A stretch of 64,000 nt of DNA from Parcubacteria group bacterium GW2011_GWA1_40_21 (GTDB lineage: Bacteria; Patescibacteriota; Minisyncoccia; Phycocordibacterales; GWA1-40-21): positions 1,728 through 65,727 of the forward strand of contig LBYO01000005.1 of the NCBI GenBank assembly GCA_000996205.1, in the 5' to 3' direction. Positions within the stretch are counted from its first letter, which is position 1, and the number at the start of each line of letters is the position of its first letter. A program made the position numbers and the translations under genes. This document shows, in pieces, positions 27,656 to 38,375 of the stretch. The notes under the pieces are model-generated. The model worked only from the letters and a program-made list of their open reading frames with translations, did no database searches and was not told where the DNA came from.

Positions 27656-29458
27656 ATGCTTTCATCTGAAGAAATACGAACGAGATTTTTAAAATTTTTT
27701 GAAAAAAAGGGGCATAAGATAATCCCTTCGGCATCGCTTGTGCCGGAAAATGATCCTTCTGTTTTGTTTACAACGGCCGGAATGCATCCTCTTGTGCCGT
27801 ATATTCTCGGGCAGACTCATCCATTGGGGAAGATGCTCGCCAATTCGCAGAAATCTTTGAGGACGGTGGATATTGACGAAGTTGGCGACAATACCCACGC
27901 GACTTTTTTTGAAATGCTTGGAAACTGGTCTTTGGGCGACTATTTCAAAGAAGATGCTATCAAATGGAGTTATGAATTTTTAACTTCCAAGGAAGAAGGA
28001 CTCGGTCTCAATCCTTCGCGTTTGTATGTGACGGTTTTTGAAGGAGATGAGAAGGCGTCAAGGGACGATGAGTCTTTCAAAATTTGGAAAAGTCTGGGAA
28101 TGCCAGAGGATAAAATATATTTTATGAGCGCGAAATCCAACTGGTGGAGCGCCGGCGACAGCGGACCATCAGGTCCGGACACGGAAATGTTTTATGATAT
28201 AACGGATAAAGGTCTCAATATCAAGACAAAAGAAGAATTTTTTAAGGCCGACGAAAAACAGCAGGTGGTGGAGATTTGGAATGATGTCTTTATGGAATAT
28301 GAAATGAAAGATGGCAAAGTGATAGGCAAATTGAAAAATAAAAATGTTGATACTGGGTCTGGTCTTGAAAGAGTGGCTATGGTGGTTCAGAAAAAAAACA
28401 ATATATTTGAGACGGATTTACTAGCGCCTTTAATTGAAAAAGTTGAAGATTTAAGCAATGTTGATTCGGCTAAATTATCTGACAAAGAGGCTTTGAGAGC
28501 GAAGAGAATTGTTGCTGATCACATCAGAGCTTCAGTTTTTATAATTGCCGATGGGGTAATGCCGTCAAACACCGACCGAGGTTATGTTTTAAGAAGGCTT
28601 TTAAGAAGAGCGGTAAGATATTCCGACATTTTGAAAATAAAAGAAGGAGGGATCAATGATATTGCCAATGCTGTTATTCAAAAATATGAAAAAATTTACA
28701 GAAATGTTGCTGATAATTCTAGTGTGATTATTAAGGAGATTGAAAAAGAGGAAAAAAAATTTCGCGGGAGTCTGGCGCGTGGATTAAAGGTTTTTGAAAA
28801 TTATGTAAGCGCGGATTTTCAACTATCTGGACAATCTGCTTTTGAATTGGTTACAACATACGGCTTTCCGCGCGAGCTCATAGAAGAAATCGCCAAAGAA
28901 CGAAAAATTGAGGTGGACTGGTTCGCGTTTGAAGCTGAAATGAAGAAACATTATGATCTTTCGCGCGCAGGTTCGGAGCAAAAATTCAAAGGAGGTTTGG
29001 CCGACATGGGCGAGGAGTCAATCAAATATCACACTGCGACGCATCTTTTGCATGCGGCTTTGCGCGATGTTTTGGGCGATCATGTCTTGCAAAAGGGAAG
29101 CAACATAACAGCCGAACGGCTTCGTTTTGACTTCTCGCACGACGGCAAAATGTCCGAGGAAGAAAAAAAGAAAGTTGAAGATATCGTGAATCAAAAAATA
29201 AAAGAATCGCTCCCGATAAGTTTCAAAGAGATGAATATAGGCGAAGCTAAGACAGCCGGAGCGCTCGGCGTCTTTGGCGAGAAATACGGCGAAGTGGTGA
29301 AAGTATATAAAATCGGAGATGAAGAGCGGGGAATTTTCAGTATGGAGCTTTGCGGCGGACCTCATACCGAAAATACCGGCAAGCTGGGACACTTCAAAAT
29401 AATCAAAGAAGAAGCGGTCTCGGCCGGCGTAAGAAGAATCAAGGCGGTCTTGGAGTAA
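27656..29458 (+). CDS. alaS: Alanine-tRNA ligase (short form, no C-Ala domain)
   Basis: LFTTAGMHP, TFFEMLGNWS, EIWNDVF, DTGSGLER, HTATHLL, ELCGGPH, GVRRIKA. Confidence 0.97.
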   Translation: MLSSEEIRTRFLKFFEKKGHKIIPSASLVPENDPSVLFTTAGMHPLVPYILGQTHPLGKMLANSQKSLRTVDIDEVGDNTHATFFEMLGNWSLGDYFKEDAIKWSYEFLTSKEEGLGLNPSRLYVTVFEGDEKASRDDESFKIWKSLGMPEDKIYFMSAKSNWWSAGDSGPSGPDTEMFYDITDKGLNIKTKEEFFKADEKQQVVEIWNDVFMEYEMKDGKVIGKLKNKNVDTGSGLERVAMVVQKKNNIFETDLLAPLIEKVEDLSNVDSAKLSDKEALRAKRIVADHIRASVFIIADGVMPSNTDRGYVLRRLLRRAVRYSDILKIKEGGINDIANAVIQKYEKIYRNVADNSSVIIKEIEKEEKKFRGSLARGLKVFENYVSADFQLSGQSAFELVTTYGFPRELIEEIAKERKIEVDWFAFEAEMKKHYDLSRAGSEQKFKGGLADMGEESIKYHTATHLLHAALRDVLGDHVLQKGSNITAERLRFDFSHDGKMSEEEKKKVEDIVNQKIKESLPISFKEMNIGEAKTAGALGVFGEKYGEVVKVYKIGDEERGIFSMELCGGPHTENTGKLGHFKIIKEEAVSAGVRRIKAVLE

Positions 29459-29586
29459 TTTTCAAAATTAAGCTTTCCAATGAGTTCCCTTGGATTACTC
29501 TCTCTAAAATTTACAAAAAAATGCTACCAGAGATCCGAAGATCTTCTGGTAGCATATTAAATATAAATGAGAGATGTCTATTTAAT

Positions 29587-29988
29587 TTAAACGCAACACT
29601 TGTCGTTTTCTCTGCAAAGATATTTTGCCAAAACAAAACCGGGTTTTTCTTTCCATTGAGGCCATAACACCTCAATTTTTCCAAATTTTATATTAAAGTT
29701 TTGCGGTCTCGATCTAAATAATGCAATCAAGAATGCAATCAACGCATCCTTTTTTATGAGAGTTTCTATATCGGGATACTTATTGTATCTTGTCGCGATG
29801 TGAAGTTTATCACCGGAAGATTCCAGATAATAAAAACAATTACCCATCATATACGCTTCGCCCTGCAGGTAAACATTTTTATGAGCCGTAGCGGTATTTT
29901 CAAGTGTTTCTTTTAGTCGGTCCATATCTACGCCTCGATCTTTTAAAATAAGTGAAAAAATACTCACATTAAGAGTGTTAAGTTTCAA
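29587..29988 (-). CDS. Hypothetical protein
   Basis: SD AAGGAG before TTG; hairpin at 29521-29556. Confidence 0.55.
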   Translation of the reverse strand: MKLNTLNVSIFSLILKDRGVDMDRLKETLENTATAHKNVYLQGEAYMMGNCFYYLESSGDKLHIATRYNKYPDIETLIKKDALIAFLIALFRSRPQNFNIKFGKIEVLWPQWKEKPGFVLAKYLCRENDKCCV

Positions 29989-30310
29989 TGCCTTTCTCCT
30001 TAAAATTAAAAAATTAAAAGTGAAAAATCTTAATCCTACCGGTATGATAAATGCGCTTATGGATTAATAACCACCTCCTTTTTGAAAGAACTATTTCCTT
30101 AATATTAAAGAAAGTATTATATTAATCCTCGTAAAAATTTTGTCAAATTCTGCTATAAGGTTTTAGTTTATAGTTGTTAGTTTATGGTCTTAATAAAAGA
30201 AATTTTCAATTTCTAATTCGCAATCTTCATTAAACCTATAAACTAGCACCTAACCACAATAACCTTCTTATAATTGTTGAGTTGACTGTCCTTGTGTTAT
30301 AATTTCATAT

Positions 30311-31507
30311 ATGTCGCTATTTTCATTTTTCAATAAGAAAAGCGAAGAAGTTTCCGCTGTCTTTCACATAGGGAGCGGGAGCGTGGATGCGCATCTCGTC
30401 AGATTTTCTAAAGTATCAAAACCGGAAATAATTTACGCGACAAAAGCCCCCATATCATTTCAGAAGAATATTGATTTGGAAAGATATTTCAAGCTTATGG
30501 TCAAAGCGTTTGATTCCGCACTTCAGGACATTCAGAAGCGCGGGCTGCTCCATTTGAATTTCACCGGTTTGAGAAATCACAGGATAAGCAATGCTTTCTA
30601 TGTATTATGTTCGCCGTGGTGCGTATCGCAGACTAAAATAATAAAAATAAAAAAAGATAAGCCTTTTGAAATAACCGTCGATTTGATTGAAGGCGTAATA
30701 AATGAACAAGAGAGGAAGTTTTTATCGGATGATTCGGTTAAAGGCTCAAAGATAATTGAAAAGAAAATAATTGACGCGAAATTAAACGGCTATAGAACGG
30801 CGGAAATCTTCGGCAAAAAAGCTAAAGATGCTGAGCTTGCTTTTTTTATGACTTCAGCACCGGAATATGTGCTGAAAGAATTGAATTATGTTGCGCGCAA
30901 GTATTTCAATTTTCACATCTCGGATTTCCATTCATTCGCTATCTCTGCTTTTTCTGCAATCCGGGAAATATATTCCGACAAAGAAAATTTCATATTTATT
31001 GATACTCACGGGGAATTAACGGACTTGTCAATAATAAAAGACAATATTTTCGCGGAGAGCGTTTCTTTTCCGGTGGGGGAAAATTTTTTTGTGCGGCAGA
31101 CGTCTAAAGACCTCCTCCTTTCAGGCGATGAATCCTGCTCTCTCATAAATTTGCATATTAACGGCAAATGCGACAGCGTGACCTCGCAAAAAGTTCAAGC
31201 GACTATGGATAAATCGCTTAAAATTTGGTTGGAAAAATTCCATTCTGTTTTGACTTCTCTTTCACTCAATATGTATGTTCCAAGAACAATTTTTATTATG
31301 ACAGATAATGAGTTTAGCGAATTTCTGGCTAAAAAATTAAAAGAAGAAAAGTTCAGCCAGTTTTCAATGACAGAAGAATCTTTTAATGTTATAGTATTAA
31401 ATAATAAAAGCCTCTGCGAATACTGCCTGTCAGACAAGGAGATTGAGAAAGAACCATTCGCGGAACTGGAATGTGTATTCTTGAACAAGATATTTAACAC
31501 AAAATAA
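30311..31507 (+). CDS. FtsA/PilM-like actin-fold protein (degenerate)
   Basis: VFHIGSGSV, FIFIDTHGELTDLSII, SFPVGENFF. Confidence 0.65.
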   Translation: MSLFSFFNKKSEEVSAVFHIGSGSVDAHLVRFSKVSKPEIIYATKAPISFQKNIDLERYFKLMVKAFDSALQDIQKRGLLHLNFTGLRNHRISNAFYVLCSPWCVSQTKIIKIKKDKPFEITVDLIEGVINEQERKFLSDDSVKGSKIIEKKIIDAKLNGYRTAEIFGKKAKDAELAFFMTSAPEYVLKELNYVARKYFNFHISDFHSFAISAFSAIREIYSDKENFIFIDTHGELTDLSIIKDNIFAESVSFPVGENFFVRQTSKDLLLSGDESCSLINLHINGKCDSVTSQKVQATMDKSLKIWLEKFHSVLTSLSLNMYVPRTIFIMTDNEFSEFLAKKLKEEKFSQFSMTEESFNVIVLNNKSLCEYCLSDKEIEKEPFAELECVFLNKIFNTK

Positions 31508-31508
31508 A

Positions 31509-32852
31509 ATGGCAAAAAACATCATACAAGACGTAGTGGTAAACAACAGAAGATCCATTAGGCAAGTATCCATTGAAAGAAGAAGGCGTCCGACGCAGAG
31601 CAAGGCGAGGAAAATGGAAGCGAATGAGTTTGAAGAAAAAAAGAAAGCGGAGCCGGCGAGTCAGGAAACGCAGAAGGAAATAAAAAAAAGAAATGCTCCA
31701 AAGATGATAATTTGGACAATAGCATTGTTATCCATAATTTTTTTGCTGTTTTCAGTAACATCTTTCTTTTCAACGGCGACAGTGACCGTAATTCCCAAGA
31801 CTGCCCGCATTGCGTTCAACGACACTTACATAGCCAAAAAGAATGCTCTTCCCGGCGAACTCCGATACGAGGTGATGACTCTGCAGAAAAAAATGTCAAA
31901 ACAGCTTGAAGCGACGGAAACGGAAAATCTTAAGATTAAGGCGAGCGGGAAAATCGTGGTATACAATAATTTCAGCGAGGCGACTCAAAGGCTTATCATA
32001 AACACCAGATTTGAATCCGAAGAAGGTCTGATTTATAAAATACCCAAATCAATCATTGTGCCCGGCATCAAGCTGGTTGGAGGCAAGAAGGTTCCGGGAA
32101 GCGTTGAAACACTCATCTTCGCGGATGAGCCCGGTGAAAAATACAATATGAAAGTTTCAGATCTCAAGGGAGATTTTAAAATCGCGGGTTTCAGGGGCGG
32201 CAAAAAATACAACTTTTTCTACGCGCGACTCAAGACTGACATAGCGGGAGGTTCAAGCGGTTTGGTTAAAAAAGTGCCGGCGAAAATATTGGACGAAGCC
32301 AGAAAAGAATTAAGGGCCGATATCAAATCCGAACTTCTTAAAGAAGCTTATGCCATCAAACCCCAATCTTCCGTCCTTCTTGCTGACGCTTATTATTATT
32401 CAGATTACGCTTCTTTGCCTGACAAGTTTCTGGGCGCTGATAAAATTGAAATCAATGAAAATGCCGCTTTCCACGGAATAATTTTTGACGAAGCCGAATT
32501 AAACTCTTATGTGGTAAAAAATAAACTTCCTGATTATGACGGCGTGCCTGTCAATTTGGTTTTAGATGACAATACCGGCGTCAGCTTGTCCGACAATTCC
32601 AGCGCGAAACCCCCTTGGGAAGGCGATTCGTTGAGTCTTTCTTTGAAAGGCGGAGCGGATGTCATTTGGACTTATGACGAGGCTCTCTTGCAGAAAAGTC
32701 TCGCCGGTCAGCGAAAGAGCGATTTAAATCGCATCATATCGTCTTTTCTCGGAATCGCGGAAGTGCGCGCTCAAGTAAGGCCTTATTGGAAAAGATCTTT
32801 TCCAAGCAAGCCGGAAAAAATAAAAATTGAAAATTTCAGCGTCAAAAAATAA
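31509..32852 (+). CDS. Membrane-anchored baseplate-J-like CPR protein
   Basis: Single TM; KASGKIVVYN, NTRF, VPG..PGSVE..ADEPGEKYN. Confidence 0.65.
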   Translation: MAKNIIQDVVVNNRRSIRQVSIERRRRPTQSKARKMEANEFEEKKKAEPASQETQKEIKKRNAPKMIIWTIALLSIIFLLFSVTSFFSTATVTVIPKTARIAFNDTYIAKKNALPGELRYEVMTLQKKMSKQLEATETENLKIKASGKIVVYNNFSEATQRLIINTRFESEEGLIYKIPKSIIVPGIKLVGGKKVPGSVETLIFADEPGEKYNMKVSDLKGDFKIAGFRGGKKYNFFYARLKTDIAGGSSGLVKKVPAKILDEARKELRADIKSELLKEAYAIKPQSSVLLADAYYYSDYASLPDKFLGADKIEINENAAFHGIIFDEAELNSYVVKNKLPDYDGVPVNLVLDDNTGVSLSDNSSAKPPWEGDSLSLSLKGGADVIWTYDEALLQKSLAGQRKSDLNRIISSFLGIAEVRAQVRPYWKRSFPSKPEKIKIENFSVKK

Positions 32853-32918
32853 TTTTATCACCGCGACTTTTCGTTCCGTTCTTTATTTCTGTCTCTGCTT
32901 TATAAACTTTATGAACTT

Positions 32919-33061
32919 CTTTGAATTACGAAACCCTCATTTTCCGTCTTTGCGAGCCGGTACTCCGGCGTGGCAATCCAGAGTTTACCGCGCGTAATAA
33001 TGGATTGCTTCGCTTCGCTCGCAAAGACAATGCGGTAATGTGATAGTTTCGTAATTCAAAG
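32919..33061. mobile_element. MITE with 16-bp perfect TIRs and 7-bp TSD
   Basis: CTTTGAATTACGAAAC/GTTTCGTAATTCAAAG; TSD TGAACTT (32912-18, 33062-68). Confidence 0.9.
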
Positions 33062-33140
33062 TGAACTTGATAACTTTCAACTTATTTGCTTGACTAATCA
33101 TATGGCAATTTGCTAACATAGTGTTTGCTGTTTTAAAGTA

Positions 33141-33365
33141 ATGGAAAATAAAAAAGCAAAGGAAAAAGTGGCCACGGGCGGGATAGTGGTAGAGGCTTTT
33201 CCCAATACCTTGTTTAAAGTGAAGCTTGATGGCGGCGGAAGCGAGATACTTGCTTATCTTTCGGGAAAGATGAGGATGAACAGGATAAGGGTTTTAATAG
33301 GAGACAAAGTCGTAGTTGAACTTGATGAATATGGTGGTAAGGGAAGAATCGTTAAAAGAAACTAG
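33141..33365 (+). CDS. infA: Translation initiation factor IF-1
   Basis: EAFPNTLFKV, LSGKMRMNRIRVLIGDKV. Confidence 0.95.
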   Translation: MENKKAKEKVATGGIVVEAFPNTLFKVKLDGGGSEILAYLSGKMRMNRIRVLIGDKVVVELDEYGGKGRIVKRN

Positions 33366-33494
33366 CCGGTATTAGGTTTTAGGCGGTTAGACCGTAGAGA
33401 AGAAATTAATTTTTTGAATTTACAACCTATCCGCCTGTCATCGCAAGCATGAGTCTGCTCAGGCGTTGCGGGCGCGGCAACCTACAATAAAAAC

Positions 33495-33611
33495 ATGAAA
33501 GTAAAATCATCAGTAAAAAAGATATGTTCCAAATGCAAGACGGTGCGCAGAAAAGGCTATGTCTATGTAATATGTAGCGCTAACCCGAGACATAAGCAGA
33601 GACAGGGTTAA
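33495..33611 (+). CDS. rpmJ: 50S ribosomal protein L36 (not in ORF track)
   Basis: [38 protein letters not shown]. Confidence 0.97.
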   Translation: MKVKSSVKKICSKCKTVRRKGYVYVICSANPRHKQRQG

Positions 33612-33641
33612 TTTATTTTAAAAAATCAAACTTACATAAAT

Positions 33642-34022
33642 ATGAGAATTGCCGGCATAACGATACCTGAAAACAAAAGACTGGAAGTAGGTCTTACTTC
33701 GGTTTATGGCATAGCCAGATCCAGAGCCCACGAAATATTGGATAAATCAAAAGTCGCGTACAGCAAGAAACCGAACCAATTAACTCCCGAAGAAGAAAAC
33801 GAGATCAGAAAAATCGTGGAAGCTTACAAAATAGAAGGAGATTTGAAAAGAGAAGTTTCTTCAAATATAAAGCGGCTTAAAGACATAAAATCTTATCGCG
33901 GGACAAGACATATGAAAAGATTGCCGTCACGCGGACAAAGGACGAAGACCAATTCAAGAACTTTGCGCGGCAACGTGAGAAAGACCGCTGGTACCGGCAG
34001 AAGGAAAGAAGAAAAGAAATAA
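33642..34022 (+). CDS. rpsM: 30S ribosomal protein S13
   Basis: RIAGITIP, YRGTRH..LPSRGQRTKTNSRT. Confidence 0.97.
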   Translation: MRIAGITIPENKRLEVGLTSVYGIARSRAHEILDKSKVAYSKKPNQLTPEEENEIRKIVEAYKIEGDLKREVSSNIKRLKDIKSYRGTRHMKRLPSRGQRTKTNSRTLRGNVRKTAGTGRRKEEKK

Positions 34023-34036
34023 TCATTTAAAAATTT

Positions 34037-34471
34037 ATGGGTAAAAAAAGAATAGTAAAAAAAGAAGAAGGAGAAGTTTCGTCCGGCGCGAAAAGCCAGG
34101 CCGAACCGAAGTCCGGCAAGAAAAAGCTGGAAACGGGAATTCTTTATGTTCAGTCCACTTACAACAACACAAAAATCCTTCTCACCGACCCGAAAGGCAA
34201 CGCTTTGGCTTGGTCATCGAGTGGTTCTCTTGGGTTCAAAGGGGCGAAAAAAGGCACGCCGTTCGCGGCCGCCAAAATAGGAGAACTCATCGGAGAAAAG
34301 GCGAACGATATGGGAATTAAGGCGGTGGAAGTGGTTATAAAAGGCGTCGGATCAGGAAGAGAATCGTCTGTGCGAGGTTTTTTATCAAAGGGCATAGACC
34401 TTATCGGAGTCAAGGATGTGACTCCCGTTCCGCATAACGGCCCTAAGCCTAAAAAACCGAGAAGGGTGTAA
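34037..34471 (+). CDS. rpsK: 30S ribosomal protein S11
   Basis: STYNNT, GFKGAKKGTPFAA, DVTPVPHNG. Confidence 0.97.
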   Translation: MGKKRIVKKEEGEVSSGAKSQAEPKSGKKKLETGILYVQSTYNNTKILLTDPKGNALAWSSSGSLGFKGAKKGTPFAAAKIGELIGEKANDMGIKAVEVVIKGVGSGRESSVRGFLSKGIDLIGVKDVTPVPHNGPKPKKPRRV

Positions 34472-34514
34472 ATTTTTAGTTTGATTTTTCAATAATTTTT
34501 TAATATTTATAAAT

Positions 34515-35123
34515 ATGTTAATTGGACCAAGATACAAAAAAGCAAAGAAGTTAGGAGCGCATATCTTTGATAAGACCCAAACCGCGAAATTCGCGTTGCG
34601 TCAGGCGAGAAAAAAAGGCTCGGACAAGAGAGGCAGGCCCAAAAGCGATTTTGGCCTTCAGCTTCTTGAGAAACAGAAAGCGCGTTTTACTTACGGAGTA
34701 AACGAAAGGCAATTTTCAAAATACGTAAAAGGTATAATAAATAAAAAAGGAGGCAATTCGCCGGATTCTCTCGTTGGGATTCTTGAATCAAGATTGGACA
34801 ATGTCGTCTATCGCCTCGGTCTCGCTGGTTCGCGGCAAGCCGCGAGGCAAATGGTTTCTCACGGCCATATTACCGTTAACGGAAGAAGGAACAACATACC
34901 TTCTTATAATGCCACTATGGGGGATAAAATCGGTGTGAGCCAGAGAAGCCTGAAAAGCAAGCTTTTCGCGGATCTAGAGAAGAAAATCAAGGAGCATAAT
35001 TATCCTTCCTGGCTCAAATATGACGCTGGAAGCAAGTCTTATGACATTCAAGGAATGCCAAAACTCGCGAACACTGAAATAATGTTCAATGTTGCTTCAG
35101 TTCTGCAATTTTACAGCCGATAA
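34515..35123 (+). CDS. rpsD: 30S ribosomal protein S4
   Basis: QLLEKQK, LESRLDNVVYRLG, ARQMVSHGH. Confidence 0.97.
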   Translation: MLIGPRYKKAKKLGAHIFDKTQTAKFALRQARKKGSDKRGRPKSDFGLQLLEKQKARFTYGVNERQFSKYVKGIINKKGGNSPDSLVGILESRLDNVVYRLGLAGSRQAARQMVSHGHITVNGRRNNIPSYNATMGDKIGVSQRSLKSKLFADLEKKIKEHNYPSWLKYDAGSKSYDIQGMPKLANTEIMFNVASVLQFYSR

Positions 35124-35202
35124 GAACAGACTTGCATAAATCGCAAAAATAATACATAATTGATTTTTATTATTTGATTAAAAATAACCAGAAGAAACAT
35201 AT

Positions 35203-36162
35203 ATGATCGACAATAATATAATTTTGCCTTCAAAGCCGAAAATAATCCAAGAAAAAGATTCAAGCGGGGTATACGAGATTGACGGATTTTATCCCGGTTA
35301 CGGTCATACTTTGGGTAATTCTCTCAGAAGAATCATATTGTTGTCTTTGCCTGGGGCGGCAATAACCTCGGTAAAGATTAAAGGTGTCAGTCATGAATTT
35401 TCCTCAATAGACGGAGTCAAAGAAGATGTCATAAATATTCTTCTTAATTTGAAAAACATAAGAGTGAAAATGCTTACGGACGAGCCTCAAATTCTCAATC
35501 TTAAAGTCAAAGGAGTGAAGAATGTCAAAGCCGGCGACATAGACGCTCCTGGACAAGTTGAAATATTGAATAAGGATTTGCACATAGCGAGCATTACCGA
35601 CAAAAATACGGAGCTCTCAATTGAAATGCGAGTGGAAAGAGGACTCGGCTATGTTCCCAAAGAAATTCTCCAGAAAGACAGAGTTGAAATAGGCGCGATT
35701 GCTCTTGACGCTTCGTTTACTCCCATCAGAAGAGTGAATTACGAAGTTGAAAATATGAGAGTCGGAGACAGGACGGATTTTAATCGCTTGAGAATCTTCA
35801 TAGAAACCGACGGCACTATTTCTCCAAAGGAAGCTTTGGAAATTTCCATTCAAATTATGATTAAACAGCTTAAAGCTATCATCGGCTTTGAAGAGCCGGA
35901 AGAGCCGAAGGAAGAAGAAACGCGGCCAACGAAAGAGACGGAGGAAAGCAAGGAAATGGATGTGGAATTTCTAAAAACAAGAATAGAATCAGTTGATCTT
36001 TCCGCAAGAACCGCCAAAGCTCTTTCCAACGCCAACATAAGAACTGTCGGCGGACTGGCCAGAAAGAAAGAAAAAGACCTTTTGGAAATTGAAGGTCTTG
36101 GAGCGAAAGGAATTCAAGAAATAAAAAAAGCTTTGTCCAATTTCGGCATCACGCTGAAATAA
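35203..36162 (+). CDS. rpoA: RNA polymerase alpha subunit
   Basis: GYGHTLGNSLRRI, HEFSSIDGVKED, DASFTPI, alpha-CTD. Confidence 0.97.
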   Translation: MIDNNIILPSKPKIIQEKDSSGVYEIDGFYPGYGHTLGNSLRRIILLSLPGAAITSVKIKGVSHEFSSIDGVKEDVINILLNLKNIRVKMLTDEPQILNLKVKGVKNVKAGDIDAPGQVEILNKDLHIASITDKNTELSIEMRVERGLGYVPKEILQKDRVEIGAIALDASFTPIRRVNYEVENMRVGDRTDFNRLRIFIETDGTISPKEALEISIQIMIKQLKAIIGFEEPEEPKEEETRPTKETEESKEMDVEFLKTRIESVDLSARTAKALSNANIRTVGGLARKKEKDLLEIEGLGAKGIQEIKKALSNFGITLK

Positions 36163-36223
36163 GCGCAAAATAAGATATTTTAAGACGCATTTCAGATAAA
36201 ATTGAAAGATATAAATTTGCAAT

Positions 36224-36571
36224 ATGAAACACCACAAATCAATGAGAACATTGGGAAGAGAAAGAAACCAGAGAAGAGCGCTTCTCAAGTCTCTTGCCGC
36301 CTCTTTGATTGAGAGCAAAAAGATAAAAACGACTTTGGCGAGAGCCAGAGAGCTTCGCCCGGTTATGGACAAATTCGTTACTATTTCAAAAAAGGGAAAT
36401 GTGAACGCGCTCCGAATTCTTTCCGCCAAAGTGGGAAAAGATAACGCGAAAAAACTCGCGGGTGAGATAGCGGCGTCCTACAAAGACAGGAAAGGCGGCT
36501 ATACCAGAATAATAAAATTAAATCCGAGGAAAAGCGACGGCGCTTTAATGGCTCAGATTGAGTTTGTATAA
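36224..36571 (+). CDS. rplQ: 50S ribosomal protein L17
   Basis: IKTTLARAREL, GGYTRIIK, DGALMAQIE. Confidence 0.96.
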   Translation: MKHHKSMRTLGRERNQRRALLKSLAASLIESKKIKTTLARARELRPVMDKFVTISKKGNVNALRILSAKVGKDNAKKLAGEIAASYKDRKGGYTRIIKLNPRKSDGALMAQIEFV

Positions 36572-36611
36572 TATTTTTCGGATAATAATTTTTAGTATCA
36601 ATATCAATAAT

Positions 36612-36962
36612 ATGAATAAAATAATAGAAATAGACGCAAAAGGAAAGAAACTGGGCAGGGTGGCTAGCGAGGTGGCTGTATTTCTGATGGGCAAGAATTT
36701 GACAAACCAACAAAGAAACGCCATTCCCGAAATTTCCGTCAAAATCACCAACGCTTCCAAGCTGCAGATTGATTCCAAAAAGAAAAAGGAAAAAGATTAC
36801 GCCTCTTTTTCGGGTTATCCGGGCGGACTCAAGAAAGAAAGTATGGAAAAATTGATTGGCAGAAAGGGATTCAGGGAAGTTTTAAAATTGGCGATATACG
36901 GAATGTTGCCTTCCAATAAATTAAGAGCGAAGATGTTGAACAACTTAACGATAACAGAATAA
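36612..36962 (+). CDS. rplM: 50S ribosomal protein L13 (short)
   Basis: IDAKGKKLGRVAS, SGYPGGLK, GMLPSNKLR; start at ATG 36612. Confidence 0.93.
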   Translation: MNKIIEIDAKGKKLGRVASEVAVFLMGKNLTNQQRNAIPEISVKITNASKLQIDSKKKKEKDYASFSGYPGGLKKESMEKLIGRKGFREVLKLAIYGMLPSNKLRAKMLNNLTITE

Positions 36963-36963
36963 T

Positions 36964-37410
36964 ATGGTGGCCACTAAAAACGAAGAAAATAAAATAGCAA
37001 AAGATTCAAAAATGGAAAACAAAACCTACATAGAAGCCGTTGGTAGGAGAAAAACCGCCACCGCCAGAGTCAGAATCACAGAAAGCGCAAAAAATGCTTT
37101 TATTGTCAACGACAAAAGCTTGGAAGATTATTTCAAGGTGAAAGAGCTGTCCGAAATTGCGAGCGAAGCTCTGACCAAATCCAAAACGCCGACGCATTTC
37201 AGCGTTTCCGCGAAGATAAAAGGAGGGGGGGTAAGTTCTCAAGCGGAAGCGTTAAGGTTGGGAATCGCAAGAGCGCTTATAATATACGACAAAGAACTAA
37301 GGAAGAAGATAAAAGGTCTAGGATTTCTGAAACGAGATCCAAGGGCGAAAGAGAGAAGAAAATTTGGTTTGAAAAAAGCCAGAAAAGCTCCGCAATGGTC
37401 CAAGCGATAG
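36964..37410 (+). CDS. rpsI: 30S ribosomal protein S9
   Basis: GRRKTATARV, GGGVSSQAEA, KARKAPQWSKR. Confidence 0.97.
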   Translation: MVATKNEENKIAKDSKMENKTYIEAVGRRKTATARVRITESAKNAFIVNDKSLEDYFKVKELSEIASEALTKSKTPTHFSVSAKIKGGGVSSQAEALRLGIARALIIYDKELRKKIKGLGFLKRDPRAKERRKFGLKKARKAPQWSKR

Positions 37411-37514
37411 TATTTTTATCCATTAAAGAATTATTGCGATTTTTAGATAGAGTATTTTGCGTATTTTCAACATCTGTAATTGTTGCTTAAAGTGCGTTGG
37501 CTTACATTCCCTCT

Positions 37515-37566
37515 GCCATTCCCGCCCCGTCGTCTTCATGGAGGGCAGTCTCCTGCGGGAATCCAG
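37515..37566. repeat. GTCATTCCCG-type repeat
   Basis: GCCATTCCCGCCCC...GCGGGAATCCAG; resembles reverse complement of 51184-51232. Confidence 0.65.
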
Positions 37567-37657
37567 TTTGAAATACCGAATATAATAATTTGACAAGACA
37601 GAAAATACCTGTTAATTTATTTATATAATAAAATATTAATTTTTTCTAAATAGTTTT

Positions 37658-38269
37658 ATGAATGACGACAATAAAAATATAAATAATGAAAATGAGGAAG
37701 GCGGTGAGACTGCGGAACAAGAAGAAATAGTATCTGAAGAAGATGAAAACACTCCGCGTCTTTTATCCAAATTGCGCGAAAAAGTTAAAAAACTGGAAAC
37801 GGAAAAACAAGAGAATTTAAACGGCTGGCAGAGAGAACGGGCTGATTTCGTGAATTTCAGAAAAAGAAGCGAGGAAGAAAAGAGGGAGTTGGTTAAATTT
37901 GCCAACGAAGCGCTAATAGGCGATATAATTCCAGTCTTGGAAAGCTTTGAAATGGCTTTTTCCAACAGGAAAGCTTGGGAATCATTGCCGGAAGAGTGGA
38001 GAAAAGGGGTGGAATATATATATAACCAACTTTTAAGCGCGCTCAAAAACAAAGGGCTGGAAGAATTAAATCCGCCCAAAGGGGAAAAATTTGATCCGAA
38101 TTTCCATACCGCCGAATCGTTTGCCTCAACGCTTGACAAGGAAGAAGATGGTGTCATAATGCGAGTAGTAAAAAAGGGTTATCGCCTGAATGGGAGGGTG
38201 ATAAATCCGTCGATAGTGGTTGTTGCCGAACACAAGGGAGAAAACAGCGAAAATGCGGGAGGTAAATAG
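37658..38269 (+). CDS. grpE: Nucleotide exchange factor GrpE
   Basis: RERADFVNFRKR, FDPNFHTA, KKGYRLNGRVI. Confidence 0.95.
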   Translation: MNDDNKNINNENEEGGETAEQEEIVSEEDENTPRLLSKLREKVKKLETEKQENLNGWQRERADFVNFRKRSEEEKRELVKFANEALIGDIIPVLESFEMAFSNRKAWESLPEEWRKGVEYIYNQLLSALKNKGLEELNPPKGEKFDPNFHTAESFASTLDKEEDGVIMRVVKKGYRLNGRVINPSIVVVAEHKGENSENAGGK

Positions 38270-38375
38270 CAATCAGCGAATTTAATAATTAAAAATTTAA
38301 CGGATCGGGGTTGCGGATTTTATTTAAAAGAATAAAATCAAAGTTTAACAAATCAAATTTAATTTTTTAAAAAAT

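Noticed and set aside
31509-32852. Prophage suggested by the baseplate-J-like gene
   Set aside because: No capsid, terminase, tail or integrase genes; housekeeping context.
37411-38375. CIRCE/HrcA operator before grpE-dnaK
   Set aside because: No TTAGCACTC-N9-GAGTGCTAA seen, nor before clpB.
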